A stretch of 64,000 nucleotides of DNA from an uncultured candidatus Porisulfidus sp. (GCA_965116525.1 OZ220694.1:180886-244885), one strand, 5' to 3'; counted from the stretch's first letter, positions 1 to 9,619 are shown. Notes: generated from the sequence alone by a model not told the origin. A program made the numbers and translations.

Positions 1-700
1 TGGGTGAACTCCGGTTGGCGGTCCTGGCGTGGGTCTTCGTCGCGGAAACAGCGCACGATCTGGTAGTAGCGGTCTACCCCGCCCATCATCAGCATCTGCT
101 TGAACAGCTGCGGGGATTGCGGGAGTGCGAAGCATGCGCCCGTGTGGGTCCGGCTCGGCACCAAGTACTCCCGTGCACCTTCCGGGGTCGCGCGGGTCAG
201 CATCGGCGTCTCGACTTCCAGGAATCCTTGTCCATCCAGGTACTGCCGCACCGCGGCCGCCAGCCGGGCGCGGGTGCGCAGGCGTTCCTGCATTACCGGG
301 CGGCGCAACTCCATATAGCGGTAGCGCAGGCGGTGGTCCTCATGCACCTGTTCGTCGTCCAACTGGTACGGCGGGGTGTCGGCCGGATTCAGGATCTCCA
401 GTTCCGCGCAAACCACCTCGACCTCGCCGGTCGGCAGCGTCGGATTGACCGTCCCCTCGGGACGGGCGCGAACCTGCCCCGTGACCGCCAGCACGAATTC
501 GGTACGTATCTGTTCGGCCAAGGCGAACAACTCGGCCTGTTCGGGATTCACCACGACCTGGACCAGCCCGCTGTGGTCGCGCAGGTCCACGAAAATGATT
601 CCGCCGTGGTCGCGACGCCGGTTGACCCACCCGAACAGCCGCACCTCCTGTCCGATCTGATCCGCCCGAACCTCTCCGCAGTAACAGCGCTCCTCAGTCA
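1..700 (-). CDS. aspS: Aspartyl-tRNA synthetase, N-terminal part; gene runs off the window start
   Basis: Reverse-strand translation from ATG at 698-700 gives [49 protein letters not shown]...[39 protein letters not shown]. This matches the bacterial AspS N-terminal anticodon-binding and catalytic core. There is no stop before position 1, so it is absent from the ORF track. Confidence 0.85.
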
Positions 701-715
701 TCGGAATGTCCGCCT

Positions 716-1027
716 TCAACCGCCGGAGGCCCCGGCCTGCGACGTGCTCCCGCCGGATGCCTTCGTTTCGGGCTTGCCCTTGGAAGACGGGCTCTTGTCG
801 GTTTTCGATTCGGTCTTTTTCGTGTCCGCTTCCTTGCCCGGCTTCTTCCCCTTGAAGTCGGTCTCGTACCAGCCGCTGCCCTTGAGACGGAATCCGGCGG
901 CCGTCAGCTGCTTGCGCAAACGATCCTCGCCACACTCCGGACACCGGGCCAAGGGGGCGTCATTGACCTTCTGCAGGACCTCGAGGTCATGCTCGCAGGC
1001 TTCGCAACGGTAATGATAAATCGGCAT
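716..1027 (-). CDS. FmdB-family zinc-ribbon regulatory protein
   Basis: N-terminus [39 protein letters not shown] carries two CxxC pairs, followed by a Lys/Ser-rich tail. It lies directly upstream of aspS, as is common. Confidence 0.8.
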   Translation of the reverse strand: MPIYHYRCEACEHDLEVLQKVNDAPLARCPECGEDRLRKQLTAAGFRLKGSGWYETDFKGKKPGKEADTKKTESKTDKSPSSKGKPETKASGGSTSQAGASGG

Positions 1028-1029
1028 CG

Positions 1030-1533
1030 TCAGATCAGGCGTGGTTGATCGGCGCGCTGATTATACGGCTCGACTGAATCGCCGATCCGAATCAGGCCGC
1101 CCTCCAGAATGCGCGCCGTCACGCCGCCCATTCCGGTCATCGCGTTGCACCCGCCGGACCCCAGCGCCGCCTCCATGGCACGGCACGGCGGACAATCGCC
1201 GGTGCCCTCGAACAGCGCCGCACCGACCCGGAACTGTTGCCCGACCAGAGCCCGTAGGTTGATGCCGGACACCACGAGGTTGCGGCGCAGCAGGCCCGGC
1301 TCCGGCGCACGTTTCGCTAGCGACCCGATCACGGGCAGATGTTCAGACTGCATCAGGGTCACCTGGCGTCGCCCGCCTGCGCGCTTGGCCGCATGATCTT
1401 CAGCCAGCCCATGGTCCGGAATGGCCTGCACTTCTTCGAGAATTTCGATTGGCTGTCCGCGCCGGGAGCGAACCCCAATCCACTCAACACGACCTGCAGA
1501 GGGAAAACACGCACGTGGATCATTCGGGCTCAT
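1030..1533 (-). CDS. MOSC-domain protein (YiiM-like)
   Basis: Internal ATG at 1531-1533 (MSPNDP...). The conserved C-terminal Cys motif GDCPPC is present. Its start overlaps the serS stop (ATGA). Confidence 0.7.
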   Translation of the reverse strand: MSPNDPRACFPSAGRVEWIGVRSRRGQPIEILEEVQAIPDHGLAEDHAAKRAGGRRQVTLMQSEHLPVIGSLAKRAPEPGLLRRNLVVSGINLRALVGQQFRVGAALFEGTGDCPPCRAMEAALGSGGCNAMTGMGGVTARILEGGLIRIGDSVEPYNQRADQPRLI

Positions 1534-2810
1534 TCCGCCGCACCCAGCCGGGTCACGCCGCCCATCCAGGGTTCCAGGCACTCCGGAATCCGCACGGACC
1601 CGTCCTCGCACTGATGGTTTTCCAGAACCGCCACCAACGTACGACCGACGGCCAGGCCGGAGCCGTTCAAGGTATGCAGCAACTGCGGCGCTTCCTCGGG
1701 GCCGGGTCGGAAACGCGCCTTGACCCTTCGCGCCTGAAAGTCCCGGAAATTGCTGCAGGAAGAAATCTCCCGGTAGGTTTTCTGGCTGGGCAGCCAGACT
1801 TCTAGGTCATAGGTGCGGGCGGCCGCAAAACCGATATCGCCCCCGCACAAGGAAATCACCCGATACGGCAGGCCCAGCTCCTTCAGGACGACCTCCGCAT
1901 GGAGGGTCAATTCCTCCAGCGCCGCTTCCGACTCCTCCGGGCGCATGGCCAGAACCAGCTCCACCTTCTCGAACTGATGCTGCCGGATCAGGCCCCGGGT
2001 GTCGATGCCGTAGGAGCCCGCTTCGGCCCGGAAACACGGCGTATGCGCCACTTTTTTCCAAGGCAGGTCCGAGGCTTCCAGGATCGTGTCGCGCAGCAGG
2101 TTCGTCAACGGCACCTCGGCGGTGGGGATCAGGAAATGTTCCTCCCCGTCCAACGCGAACAGGTCCTCGCGGAACTTCGGCAGCTGCCCGGTTCCCTCCA
2201 GGCTGGCCGCGTTCACCAGGTACGGGACGTAGCATTCCTGGTAGCCGTGCCGGCGCGTGTGGACGTCCAGCATGAACTGGGTCAGCGCCCGGTGCAGGAG
2301 TGCCAGTTCGCCCTGCAGCACCGAAAAGCGCGCCCCGGACATGGCCGCAGCCTGCTGCGTATCGATCCATCCCCAGCGCTCGCCTATCTGCACATGATCG
2401 AGCGGCTCGAAACCGAGATCCGCAGGTTCGCCCCAGCGGCGCAATTCCAGGTTACCCTCTGGGTTCTTGCCATCCGGGACTTCCGGGTCCAGCAGATTCG
2501 GCATGCCGATCAGCCACGCGTCGAGTCGTTGCCGGATCGATCCCAGCGCCGCCTGGCGGCTCTTCAACTGGTCGCCCAATTCGGACACTTGCGCCATCAG
2601 TTCGGCGGCATCCTCGCCCTGTTGCCGGGCTTCGCCGATGCGTTTCGACAGGGTGTTGCGTTGTGCCTGGAGGGATTCCGCCGCACTCTGCACGGCCTTG
2701 CGTTCCGCCTCCAGTTCGGCGTAGATCGCCACGTCGAAGACAAATCCCCGCCGGGCAAGGTTTTCCGCGACCGCGCGCGGGTCGGCGCGTAAGAGTTTCG
2801 GATCCAGCAT
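1530..2810 (-). CDS. serS: Seryl-tRNA synthetase
   Basis: 426 aa beginning [23 protein letters not shown]. It has the coiled-coil N-arm and class II motifs, and is full length relative to E. coli SerS (430 aa). Confidence 0.95.
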   Translation of the reverse strand: MLDPKLLRADPRAVAENLARRGFVFDVAIYAELEAERKAVQSAAESLQAQRNTLSKRIGEARQQGEDAAELMAQVSELGDQLKSRQAALGSIRQRLDAWLIGMPNLLDPEVPDGKNPEGNLELRRWGEPADLGFEPLDHVQIGERWGWIDTQQAAAMSGARFSVLQGELALLHRALTQFMLDVHTRRHGYQECYVPYLVNAASLEGTGQLPKFREDLFALDGEEHFLIPTAEVPLTNLLRDTILEASDLPWKKVAHTPCFRAEAGSYGIDTRGLIRQHQFEKVELVLAMRPEESEAALEELTLHAEVVLKELGLPYRVISLCGGDIGFAAARTYDLEVWLPSQKTYREISSCSNFRDFQARRVKARFRPGPEEAPQLLHTLNGSGLAVGRTLVAVLENHQCEDGSVRIPECLEPWMGGVTRLGAAE

Positions 2811-2822
2811 GCGCGCGCTCGC

Positions 2823-3125
2823 CTACGCGCTCGGCGGCTTCCAGATTCCGAACGCCTTCGCGGGGTCCGCAGCCGGCGGCTCGGGCCGCTGTTCCTGCGC
2901 CTGATTCATGACATCGCTCAGAACATGTCCGCTGAACGCATTGATTTCACTAAGTAATTCTTCTTTTTCAGCGGGTGGGCGATTGATGTTGCCGACCAGC
3001 AGGCCGACCACGGCCGCCAGGTATTGGGCAGAAACCAGGGTGTCCTGGCACTGGGCGTCGTGCTCTTGCAGCACGCGCATGAGTTCCTGCAGCAGTTCTC
3101 GAGTCAGATTGATTGGCTGTGCCAT
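2823..3125 (-). CDS. Hypothetical 100-aa protein
   Basis: ATG at 3123-3125. No recognisable family. It is tightly packed between tRNA-Arg and serS. Confidence 0.45.
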   Translation of the reverse strand: MAQPINLTRELLQELMRVLQEHDAQCQDTLVSAQYLAAVVGLLVGNINRPPAEKEELLSEINAFSGHVLSDVMNQAQEQRPEPPAADPAKAFGIWKPPSA

Positions 3126-3156
3126 CGGCTTCTTGCCCCCGGTTCAAGCGGATAAA

Positions 3157-3233
3157 TGGCGCGCCCGGAGGGATTCGAACCCCCGACCTTGTGGTTCGTA
3201 GCCACACACTCTATCCAACTGAGCTACGGGCGC
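3157..3233 (-). tRNA. tRNA-Arg (anticodon ACG)
   Basis: Reverse strand reads GCGCCCGTAGCTCAGTTGGATAGAGTGTGTGGCTACGAACCACAAGGTCGGGGGTTCGAATCCCTCCGGGCGCGCCA. Acceptor, D, anticodon and T arms all fold. Anticodon loop is CTACGAA and CCA is encoded. Confidence 0.9.
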
Positions 3234-3282
3234 ACGGGACATTGGATGCCCTAAATCAGGCAAAATCGAATTATAGAGCACT

Positions 3283-4689
3283 TCACGATTTGGTGTGGAA
3301 ATCAGGGGGCGACCCCCGGTAGTTCCACGACATCGTTGACGAATCATTGGCGGTCTCCGCTAGGCATTCCATGAAGAATGCCCCCGCTTCGTTGTCCCCT
3401 CCCCGTCCCGTCACCGGAGCGCCTCCGGCCAAGAGCCTGTTCAATCCCAGGTTCAGGATGTTCCTCGCGGCATTCGCGTCCGCGTTGTCTGTGTGTCCGC
3501 AGGCCAAGCACCGGAAATGCGCCTGCTCCTTTCGGTTGTCCTCTTCCACGTGCCCGCATTCCGCGCACCTCCGGCTGGTGTTCCGCGCTGGCACCCGGAT
3601 CATGTCCATCGCCTTGTACTGGAGAAAACGGTCCACCATTCCCATGCAGGAGCACTGGGCCATCTTCCGGTTCAGCGCCGCCTTCGCCTTCACGCACCGC
3701 CCCGGCTTCTCCTTCGTACCCCGCGCCGAGCGACGCATCGCCTGCACGTCCAGATCTTCCAGCACAAGATGCCCGAATCGCCGCGCCAGGTCCGCCGAGG
3801 CCTGATGGCTGAAGTCCTTCCGGATCTCCGCCGCCTTGCGCTTCGCCTTCGCCGCGCGCTGCTGCATGACCTGCCTGCGGTTCGAGGCCTCCTTGACCAA
3901 CATGCCCGACTTCGTGTGCATCGGCTCTCCGGCTTCGTTCTTCAGTTCGATCCGCTCCCGGCGGCTTGCCCGCCACTGGTAGTGCCGGGCCCGCGCCTCG
4001 TACTTCAGGATCCGGTCGTACGGGATCTGGATGAGCTTCGACTCCCCGCTCCATGAAACCGCGACATTCTCCGAGTTGCGATCGATTCCGCAGACCCCGC
4101 CGTGCCAGCGCCAGTCCGGGTCCGGCACCTCCCACAGCACCGACGCGTACCACTTGTCCAGCTCCCGGTACACCACCACAACCCGGGCCTCGCCTCCGTC
4201 CCAGGGATCCGCCCCCCGCGTGCGCGACGCCGCCTTGCGGTTCATCCGGATCCAGCCGATCTTCGGCACCCAAAGCCGCTTGTTCCGAACCTTCACCGCC
4301 TCCGGGATCGTGAACGACTCCCGGCTTCTGCCCTTGGCCTTGAAGCGGGGGAAACCGACCTGCTTCCCTTTCTTGCCCTCCCGAACCCGCCGGAAGAAAT
4401 GCGCGAACGCCGCCCCCAGGGGAAAGGCACCCGTGCCGCGCACGACCGTGGCCGACAACTCCCGCAACCACTCATGGCCGTCCTTCGCCTTCAGGCGCGT
4501 GTATCGCTTCCCGAAATAAAACTCGGATATCCCGGGCTTCTCCGCCTCGCCAGCCTCGAAACGCTTGTATTCCCGAATCTGGTCGGTCAGCAATTCGTTA
4601 TAGACGTACCGCCCCGCCCCGCACAGTCGCTCAAACTGCTGCTCCTGCGTCTGATTCGGATACAGGCGATAGCGGGAGGCTCGGTGCAT
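3283..4689 (-). CDS. tnpB: TnpB, an IS200/IS605-family OrfB RNA-guided endonuclease
   Basis: N-terminus MHRASRYRLYPNQTQEQQFERL is a typical OrfB start. RuvC-I GIDRN, RuvC-II LEDLD, zinc finger CAECG...CLACG and RuvC-III DNADANAARNI are all present. No tnpA is adjacent. Confidence 0.85.
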   Translation of the reverse strand: MHRASRYRLYPNQTQEQQFERLCGAGRYVYNELLTDQIREYKRFEAGEAEKPGISEFYFGKRYTRLKAKDGHEWLRELSATVVRGTGAFPLGAAFAHFFRRVREGKKGKQVGFPRFKAKGRSRESFTIPEAVKVRNKRLWVPKIGWIRMNRKAASRTRGADPWDGGEARVVVVYRELDKWYASVLWEVPDPDWRWHGGVCGIDRNSENVAVSWSGESKLIQIPYDRILKYEARARHYQWRASRRERIELKNEAGEPMHTKSGMLVKEASNRRQVMQQRAAKAKRKAAEIRKDFSHQASADLARRFGHLVLEDLDVQAMRRSARGTKEKPGRCVKAKAALNRKMAQCSCMGMVDRFLQYKAMDMIRVPARNTSRRCAECGHVEEDNRKEQAHFRCLACGHTDNADANAARNILNLGLNRLLAGGAPVTGRGGDNEAGAFFMECLAETANDSSTMSWNYRGSPPDFHTKS

Positions 4690-4758
4690 GATGGAGAACT
4701 CTAACATAGAGTGTTCCACACAAAACCGCGAAGACTCAGCTATAGCCGATGCAGTAAT

Positions 4759-4783
4759 TTGACTAGAAACCCATAAATATGGG
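4759..4783 (+). promoter_or_regulatory. TTGACT -35-like hexamer plus perfect palindrome CCCATA-AA-TATGGG, 12 nt before the vapB ATG
   Basis: Read directly from the sequence. Either a VapB operator or an IS-end subterminal hairpin. Confidence 0.35.
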
Positions 4784-4794
4784 AACATGAGGGA

Positions 4795-5061
4795 ATGAAA
4801 ACGACCGTCGAACTCCCCGACGCCACATTCCGGCGTGTCAAAGCGATTGTCGCGAACCGCGGCGTTACCCTGAAACAGTTTTTCACGACCGCACTAGAAG
4901 AGCAGATTCGACGCTATACACAGGAGACACAGGCTCGCGAAGCGGAAGCGCCGTGGATGGCTGGATTTGGCGCCCTCTCCGACTTGTCAGGAGAAAACAA
5001 GCGGATTTTGGAACTGATCGAAGAGGAATTCGAAACGCTTGACCCCGAAGACGTAGCGTGA
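4795..5061 (+). CDS. vapB: Type II antitoxin, VapB-like (Rv0623/PSK transcription-factor family)
   Basis: MKTTVELPDATFRRVKAIVANRGVTLKQFFTTALEE is a ribbon-helix-helix-like N-terminus. The gene overlaps the downstream PIN toxin by 4 nt. Confidence 0.75.
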   Translation: MKTTVELPDATFRRVKAIVANRGVTLKQFFTTALEEQIRRYTQETQAREAEAPWMAGFGALSDLSGENKRILELIEEEFETLDPEDVA

Positions 5062-5435
5062 TCCTAGACACCAATGCCCTGTCCGCATGGGCGGAAGGAC
5101 TCCCCGCGATGGAAGCGCCTTTCCGCTCTGCCGACCGCCTCGTTGTTCCGAGCATCGTTCTCGGCGAATACTATTTCGGAATTCGCCAATCACTTCGTCA
5201 GAATCGCTACGAAGATTGGCTGCGTCAATACCTGCCCTTGGTCGAGATCGTCGCCGTAACTCCGGAAACCGCAGACGTATACGCCAATATCCGCCTTGAA
5301 TTGAAACAGCGGGGAACCCCGATCCCTTCCAATGACACCTGGATTGCAGCGCTTGCCCGTCAACACGCCCTCCCAGTACTGAGCAGGGATGCCCATTTCG
5401 ACGCAGTTGACGGCATTCAGCGTATTGCCTTTTGA
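5058..5435 (+). CDS. vapC: PIN-domain toxin VapC
   Basis: MILDTNALSAW carries the first PIN acidic residue, and later acidic residues sit in ...VLSRDAHF.... Length is 125 aa. The start overlaps the vapB stop. Confidence 0.85.
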   Translation: MILDTNALSAWAEGLPAMEAPFRSADRLVVPSIVLGEYYFGIRQSLRQNRYEDWLRQYLPLVEIVAVTPETADVYANIRLELKQRGTPIPSNDTWIAALARQHALPVLSRDAHFDAVDGIQRIAF

Positions 5436-5486
5436 CTACACGCGCCCCTTGCGCCTTGACCTGATTCAAGGAGGAAATCCAGAACA

Positions 5487-5666
5487 ATGACAATGGGGCA
5501 AATCCGGACTGGCCGGGAAGTTGAGTCTGTATTAGACGAAGTTCTTTCTCATGTGCGCGGCAAAGTCGATGTCCTGTTGACCGTCATCGCCCATGACCCA
5601 AATGCAGTCGTGCAGGCACTCGGTGAACAGAGGAAGTGCCTGTCAGAACAACCCTTGGATTCCTGA
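5487..5666 (+). CDS. Possible small ORF of 59 aa
   Basis: ATG at 5487 to TGA, giving MTMGQIRTGREVESVLDEVLSHVRGK.... Third codon positions are AT-rich, atypical for this genome. It is below the ORF-track length cutoff. Confidence 0.25.
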   Translation: MTMGQIRTGREVESVLDEVLSHVRGKVDVLLTVIAHDPNAVVQALGEQRKCLSEQPLDS

Positions 5667-5753
5667 CAAGACGCTTCGGCAAGCTTTTCGCCACCCTGCA
5701 CCAAGAGCAGGCCCAAAACTCCAGCGCCCCGCCTGAGAGATATTCGTCCTGCC

Positions 5754-6200
5754 TCAGTGGCAGGCCTGCCCGAGCGCCTTAAGTCGCCAATAGTTGTAGG
5801 GCCAGGGCGTCACGAACCCCGCCGCCAAGGCGGGCAATAACGACCACCACCGCAACTGCAGGCTGCCCACCAGCATCCAGTCCGTCAGGTTCATCGCGAT
5901 CTCCATCGACACCATGCTGATTAGGCTCATTCCCGCCGCCGTGCGTAAGGCCTCGTTCGCCGGCATGCTGCGCATCAGCAGGATCGTCTCCAGGACAATG
6001 CTGGTCAGGATGCCGTTGAACATGGCCAAGCCCAGCACCAGCCACGGCGAGACCTCGATCTGGTAATGCTGGAAGTAGTAGATCGTGCCGAAATCGCCAA
6101 TGGCGCAGCCGATCAGGCACCAAAGCGTGTTGTAGGCGGACTTGCCCCACGTAAGGCGGCACCGCCAATCGATGGAATACCAGTGTGCGGCCTGCTCCAC
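5754..6200 (-). CDS. Small integral membrane protein (DUF4396-like)
   Basis: 148 aa with several hydrophobic helices. Confidence 0.5.
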   Translation of the reverse strand: MEQAAHWYSIDWRCRLTWGKSAYNTLWCLIGCAIGDFGTIYYFQHYQIEVSPWLVLGLAMFNGILTSIVLETILLMRSMPANEALRTAAGMSLISMVSMEIAMNLTDWMLVGSLQLRWWSLLPALAAGFVTPWPYNYWRLKALGQACH

Positions 6201-6203
6201 GGC

Positions 6204-6548
6204 TCAGCCCGGCGGCCAGCCGAACGGGCGCCCGGCCAGCAAGTGCACGTGCAGGTGGAACACCGACTGCCCGGCTTCGGCGCCGTTATTGATCACCAGC
6301 CGGAAGGCTTCCCTGCAACCCAATTGTTCGGCCACCTTCCCCGCCACCACCAGCAAGTGACCCAGCATCGCCTGGTCCCCCTCTTCTGCATTCGCCACCC
6401 GGTCCAGCGGCTTGCGCGGCACGATCAGTACATGCGTGGGCGCCTGCGGGTTGACGTCCCGGAACGCCACGCAGACCTCGTCTTCGTACACGAGATCCGC
6501 GGGAATCTCGCGGTTGATGATTTTCTCGAATAGGGTTGGTTCGGTCAT
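6204..6548 (-). CDS. HIT-family (histidine triad) nucleotide hydrolase
   Basis: The histidine-triad motif HLHVHLL is present. Length is 114 aa. Confidence 0.85.
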   Translation of the reverse strand: MTEPTLFEKIINREIPADLVYEDEVCVAFRDVNPQAPTHVLIVPRKPLDRVANAEEGDQAMLGHLLVVAGKVAEQLGCREAFRLVINNGAEAGQSVFHLHVHLLAGRPFGWPPG

Positions 6549-6572
6549 GCCCGTCTCAGAAGCAGGCTTCCG

Positions 6573-7067
6573 TCACTGTCCGGCATAGGCCCGAATGCGC
6601 AACAACAGCGCCTCGATCAGCTCCCCTTGCAGTTCCTTCTTCAGATACCCCCGCTCCTCCTCGGCTGCGAGGTATTTTTCCGGGTCGTACAGCCAGTGCT
6701 GGTAGCGCGACAGGACGGTCTGTGCCGACGGCTTCTCCCCCGGTCGCTGCAAGCGCACGCCCAGATGCAGCCCGACCTCGTATTCCCGCGCGTCCATGTC
6801 CGTGCTCACGCCGATGATCTGGTGGCGTTCCTGCGGACCTTCCAGGTGAACAATCAGGTCGGCTGCCGCATCGCCCGAAACCACCTTGACTCCGCCACCG
6901 CGCAGCCTGCCCTTGAGCGCGTGCCGGAACCCCGGCGAACCGCCGACCAGCTGTAGCGAAGACTGCGGAATCTTGGTCGCGACCCCCTTGGAATCCGCCA
7001 ACTGGAATCCGCATCCGCTAAGGGCGAGACAGAGGGCCGCCCCCAGCAGGAAAGAGCCTTTACGCAT
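6573..7067 (-). CDS. lptE: LPS-assembly lipoprotein LptE
   Basis: Lipobox LALSGC. The gene sits directly downstream of leuS and overlaps it by 8 nt, the canonical arrangement. Confidence 0.75.
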   Translation of the reverse strand: MRKGSFLLGAALCLALSGCGFQLADSKGVATKIPQSSLQLVGGSPGFRHALKGRLRGGGVKVVSGDAAADLIVHLEGPQERHQIIGVSTDMDAREYEVGLHLGVRLQRPGEKPSAQTVLSRYQHWLYDPEKYLAAEEERGYLKKELQGELIEALLLRIRAYAGQ

Positions 7068-9495
7068 CGCGTACTACCACGTTGACGAGTTTATGGGGAA
7101 CCTGAATGATGCGGACCACGGTTTTTCCTTCGGTGAAGCGTTGCACTTTAGCATTATCCAATACTTCCCGCTGCAATTCATCCTCGCTGATATCTGCCGC
7201 CAACTCCAGATGCGCGCGGACCTTGCCGTTTACCTGGACCACGATCTGCTCGACCGAGCGTTGCATGGCAGCTTCGTCCGCTTCAGGCCAAGGCTGCTCC
7301 AGGGCCACCCCGTCGAACCCGAGCTCGCGCCACAGCACGTGGGATATGTGCGGGACAATCGGCGTCAACATGCGCAGCATCGCCTCCAGGCACTCGCGCA
7401 CCAGCGCAGGCTCCGCCTTGCCGGCTTCGGAGAGGTGCATCAAGTCGTTGAGCAACTCCATGTTCGCGGCAATCGCCGTGTTGAAGGTGTGGCGCTGCTC
7501 GGCTACATGCCCGGCCTTCCGGATCGTCTCGTGCAGCTTGCGACGCAGTGCCTCCTGCTGTGCATCGAGCCCGTCGGCCTCGACGCCCGCCGCGGACGCG
7601 CACTCCCTGTGCTGGTGGACGAACCGCCAGAATCGCTTGAGGAACCTTGAACACCCTTCGACCCCGCTGTCGGACCACTCCAGCGTATGTTCGGGTGGCG
7701 ACGCGAACAGTACGAACAGGCGCACCGTGTCCGCGCCATAGCGTTCGATCAGCGGCTCCGGGTCCACCACGTTGCCCCACGATTTCGACATCTTGTGGCC
7801 ATCCTTGAGCACCATGCCTTGGGTCAGGAGGTGCGCGAACGGTTCATCCCCGTCGACCAGCCCCTCGTCGCGCATCAGCTTGTGAAAGTAGCGGGCGTAC
7901 AGAAGATGTAGGATGGCATGCTCGATACCCCCGATGTACTGGTCGACCGGCAGCCAGTAGCGCGCGCGCTCGTCCAGCATGGCGTCATCAGCGTCGTGCG
8001 AGCAGAATCTCGCCTGGTACCAACTGGATTCGACAAACGTGTCGAACGTGTCCGTGTCCCGCTGCGCCGACTGCCCGCATTTCGGGCACGGAACGGTCTT
8101 CCAGTCTTCGGGGAGATCCGCCTCCGGCGGCAGCGCCTCATCGAGAACGACCGGCAAGTCCTTCTCCGGTACCGGCACGACCCCGCATTCCCCGCAGTGG
8201 ATCATCGGCACCGGGCAACCCCAGCGGCGTTGCCGGGACACCCCCCAGTCGTGCAGCCGGTAGCGCACCACGGACTCGCCGCGGCCTTGTTCGGATAGTT
8301 GCCGGGTGATCGCGGCGTAGCCCTCCTCGGAACTCAATCCGTCGAACGCCCCGGAATTGACCAGTACGCCCCATTCCGTGTAAGCCTCGGCATCAAGATC
8401 CGCCTCTGATCCGTCTGCAGGAGCGATCACCTGCCGGATCGGCAGGCCGTGGTGACGCGCGAACTCCCAATCGCGCTGATCGTGAGCCGGCACCGACATG
8501 ACTGCCCCGGAGCCATACTCCATCAGCACGAAATTGGCGACCCACACCGGCAATTCCTCGCCAGTCAACGGGTGCAGCGCGTTCAGCCCCAGCGGGTGGC
8601 CTTCGCGGTCCTGGACCAACTCTTCCGAGGTCTGTGCAGAATGATTAAGAAAGTCATGCAATTCTTTGTTAGTTCTAGATTTTTCCTGAACGATCGGATG
8701 CCCCGGGGCCAGTGCCATGTACGTCGTCCCCATCAGGGTGTCCGGGCGCGTGGTGAACACCGTCAGCGGCTCTTCCCGGCCTTCCAAGGCAAACCGGATT
8801 TCCACCCCTTCCGAGCGACCGATCCAGTTTCGCTGCATTTGCAGCACCTGGTGGGGCCACCGCCCCTCCAGATGATCCAAGGATCCCAACAATTCCTCAG
8901 CGTAATCGGTGATCCGCAGGAACCACTGCTCCACCTCCCGCTGCTCGACCAGGGCGCCGGAACGCCAGCCGCGCCCTTCGATCACCTGCTCGTTCGCCAG
9001 CACGGTCTGATCGACCGGATCCCAGTTGACCAGGGACTTTTTCCGGTAAGCCAGGCCTTTTTCGAACAACCGGATGAAGAGCCACTGCTCCCATCGGTAG
9101 TATTCCGGATCGCAGGTTGCCAGTTCGCGCCGCCAATCGTAGCCGAATCCGAGGCGCTGCAGTTGTTCGCGCATGGCCTGGATGTTGTCCCGGGTCCAGG
9201 CACCGGGGAGCACCTTGCGTTCCAGTGCAGCATTTTCAGCGGGCAGACCGAAAGCATCCCACCCCATCGGCTGCAACACATTGTCGCCCCGCATCCGCCG
9301 GTAGCGTGCAATGGTGTCGCCGATCGTGTAGTTGCGCACGTGCCCCATGTGCAGCCGACCGCTGGGGTACGGAAACATGGATAAGCAGTAGAACTTGCGG
9401 GCGCCCGGGCGCTCCTTCGCGGCGAAGCACTCGTTCTCCCGCCAATACTTCTGGGCTTCCTGCTCTACGGCTTCGGGATCGTAGCGTTCCTGCAT
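7060..9495 (-). CDS. leuS: Leucyl-tRNA synthetase
   Basis: Internal ATG MQERYDPEAVE. The HMGH and KMSKS class I signatures are present. Length is about 812 aa. Confidence 0.95.
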   Translation of the reverse strand: MQERYDPEAVEQEAQKYWRENECFAAKERPGARKFYCLSMFPYPSGRLHMGHVRNYTIGDTIARYRRMRGDNVLQPMGWDAFGLPAENAALERKVLPGAWTRDNIQAMREQLQRLGFGYDWRRELATCDPEYYRWEQWLFIRLFEKGLAYRKKSLVNWDPVDQTVLANEQVIEGRGWRSGALVEQREVEQWFLRITDYAEELLGSLDHLEGRWPHQVLQMQRNWIGRSEGVEIRFALEGREEPLTVFTTRPDTLMGTTYMALAPGHPIVQEKSRTNKELHDFLNHSAQTSEELVQDREGHPLGLNALHPLTGEELPVWVANFVLMEYGSGAVMSVPAHDQRDWEFARHHGLPIRQVIAPADGSEADLDAEAYTEWGVLVNSGAFDGLSSEEGYAAITRQLSEQGRGESVVRYRLHDWGVSRQRRWGCPVPMIHCGECGVVPVPEKDLPVVLDEALPPEADLPEDWKTVPCPKCGQSAQRDTDTFDTFVESSWYQARFCSHDADDAMLDERARYWLPVDQYIGGIEHAILHLLYARYFHKLMRDEGLVDGDEPFAHLLTQGMVLKDGHKMSKSWGNVVDPEPLIERYGADTVRLFVLFASPPEHTLEWSDSGVEGCSRFLKRFWRFVHQHRECASAAGVEADGLDAQQEALRRKLHETIRKAGHVAEQRHTFNTAIAANMELLNDLMHLSEAGKAEPALVRECLEAMLRMLTPIVPHISHVLWRELGFDGVALEQPWPEADEAAMQRSVEQIVVQVNGKVRAHLELAADISEDELQREVLDNAKVQRFTEGKTVVRIIQVPHKLVNVVVRDA

Positions 9496-9619
9496 GTGAA
9501 AAGACGGGTATCCGGAAAAGTCTTTGGCGCGCATATTATCACCGGGCGTCCTTTTCCCCTGCATGGGGACAGTTACAATAACCGCACATATCCACGAAAT
9601 TTTTCCTTCGAAGACTTCC

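Larger units (their letters stand above)
3234..4794 (-). mobile_element. Solo-tnpB IS200/IS605-type element; ends not resolved
   Basis: tnpB fills almost the whole span. Its stop lies 49 nt from the tRNA-Arg 5' end. A perfect palindrome CCCATAAATATGGG (4770-4783) sits at the putative left end, and a GGGGG-CGA-CCCCC hairpin (3304-3316) near the 3' end. No terminal inverted repeats, as expected for this family. Confidence 0.5.

Noticed and set aside
15-1013. 332-aa plus-strand ORF
   Set aside because: It lies entirely antisense to aspS and the FmdB gene. Its composition is Ala/Arg/Gly/Pro-rich, typical of spurious antisense ORFs in high-GC DNA, while the minus-strand products have clear family signatures.
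3344-4471. 375-aa minus-strand ORF overlapping tnpB in another frame, and plus-strand ORFs 3347-3805 and 3493-4056
   Set aside because: Low-complexity Gly/Arg/Pro translation. The TnpB frame carries all the conserved motifs. These are frame artefacts of GC-rich coding DNA.
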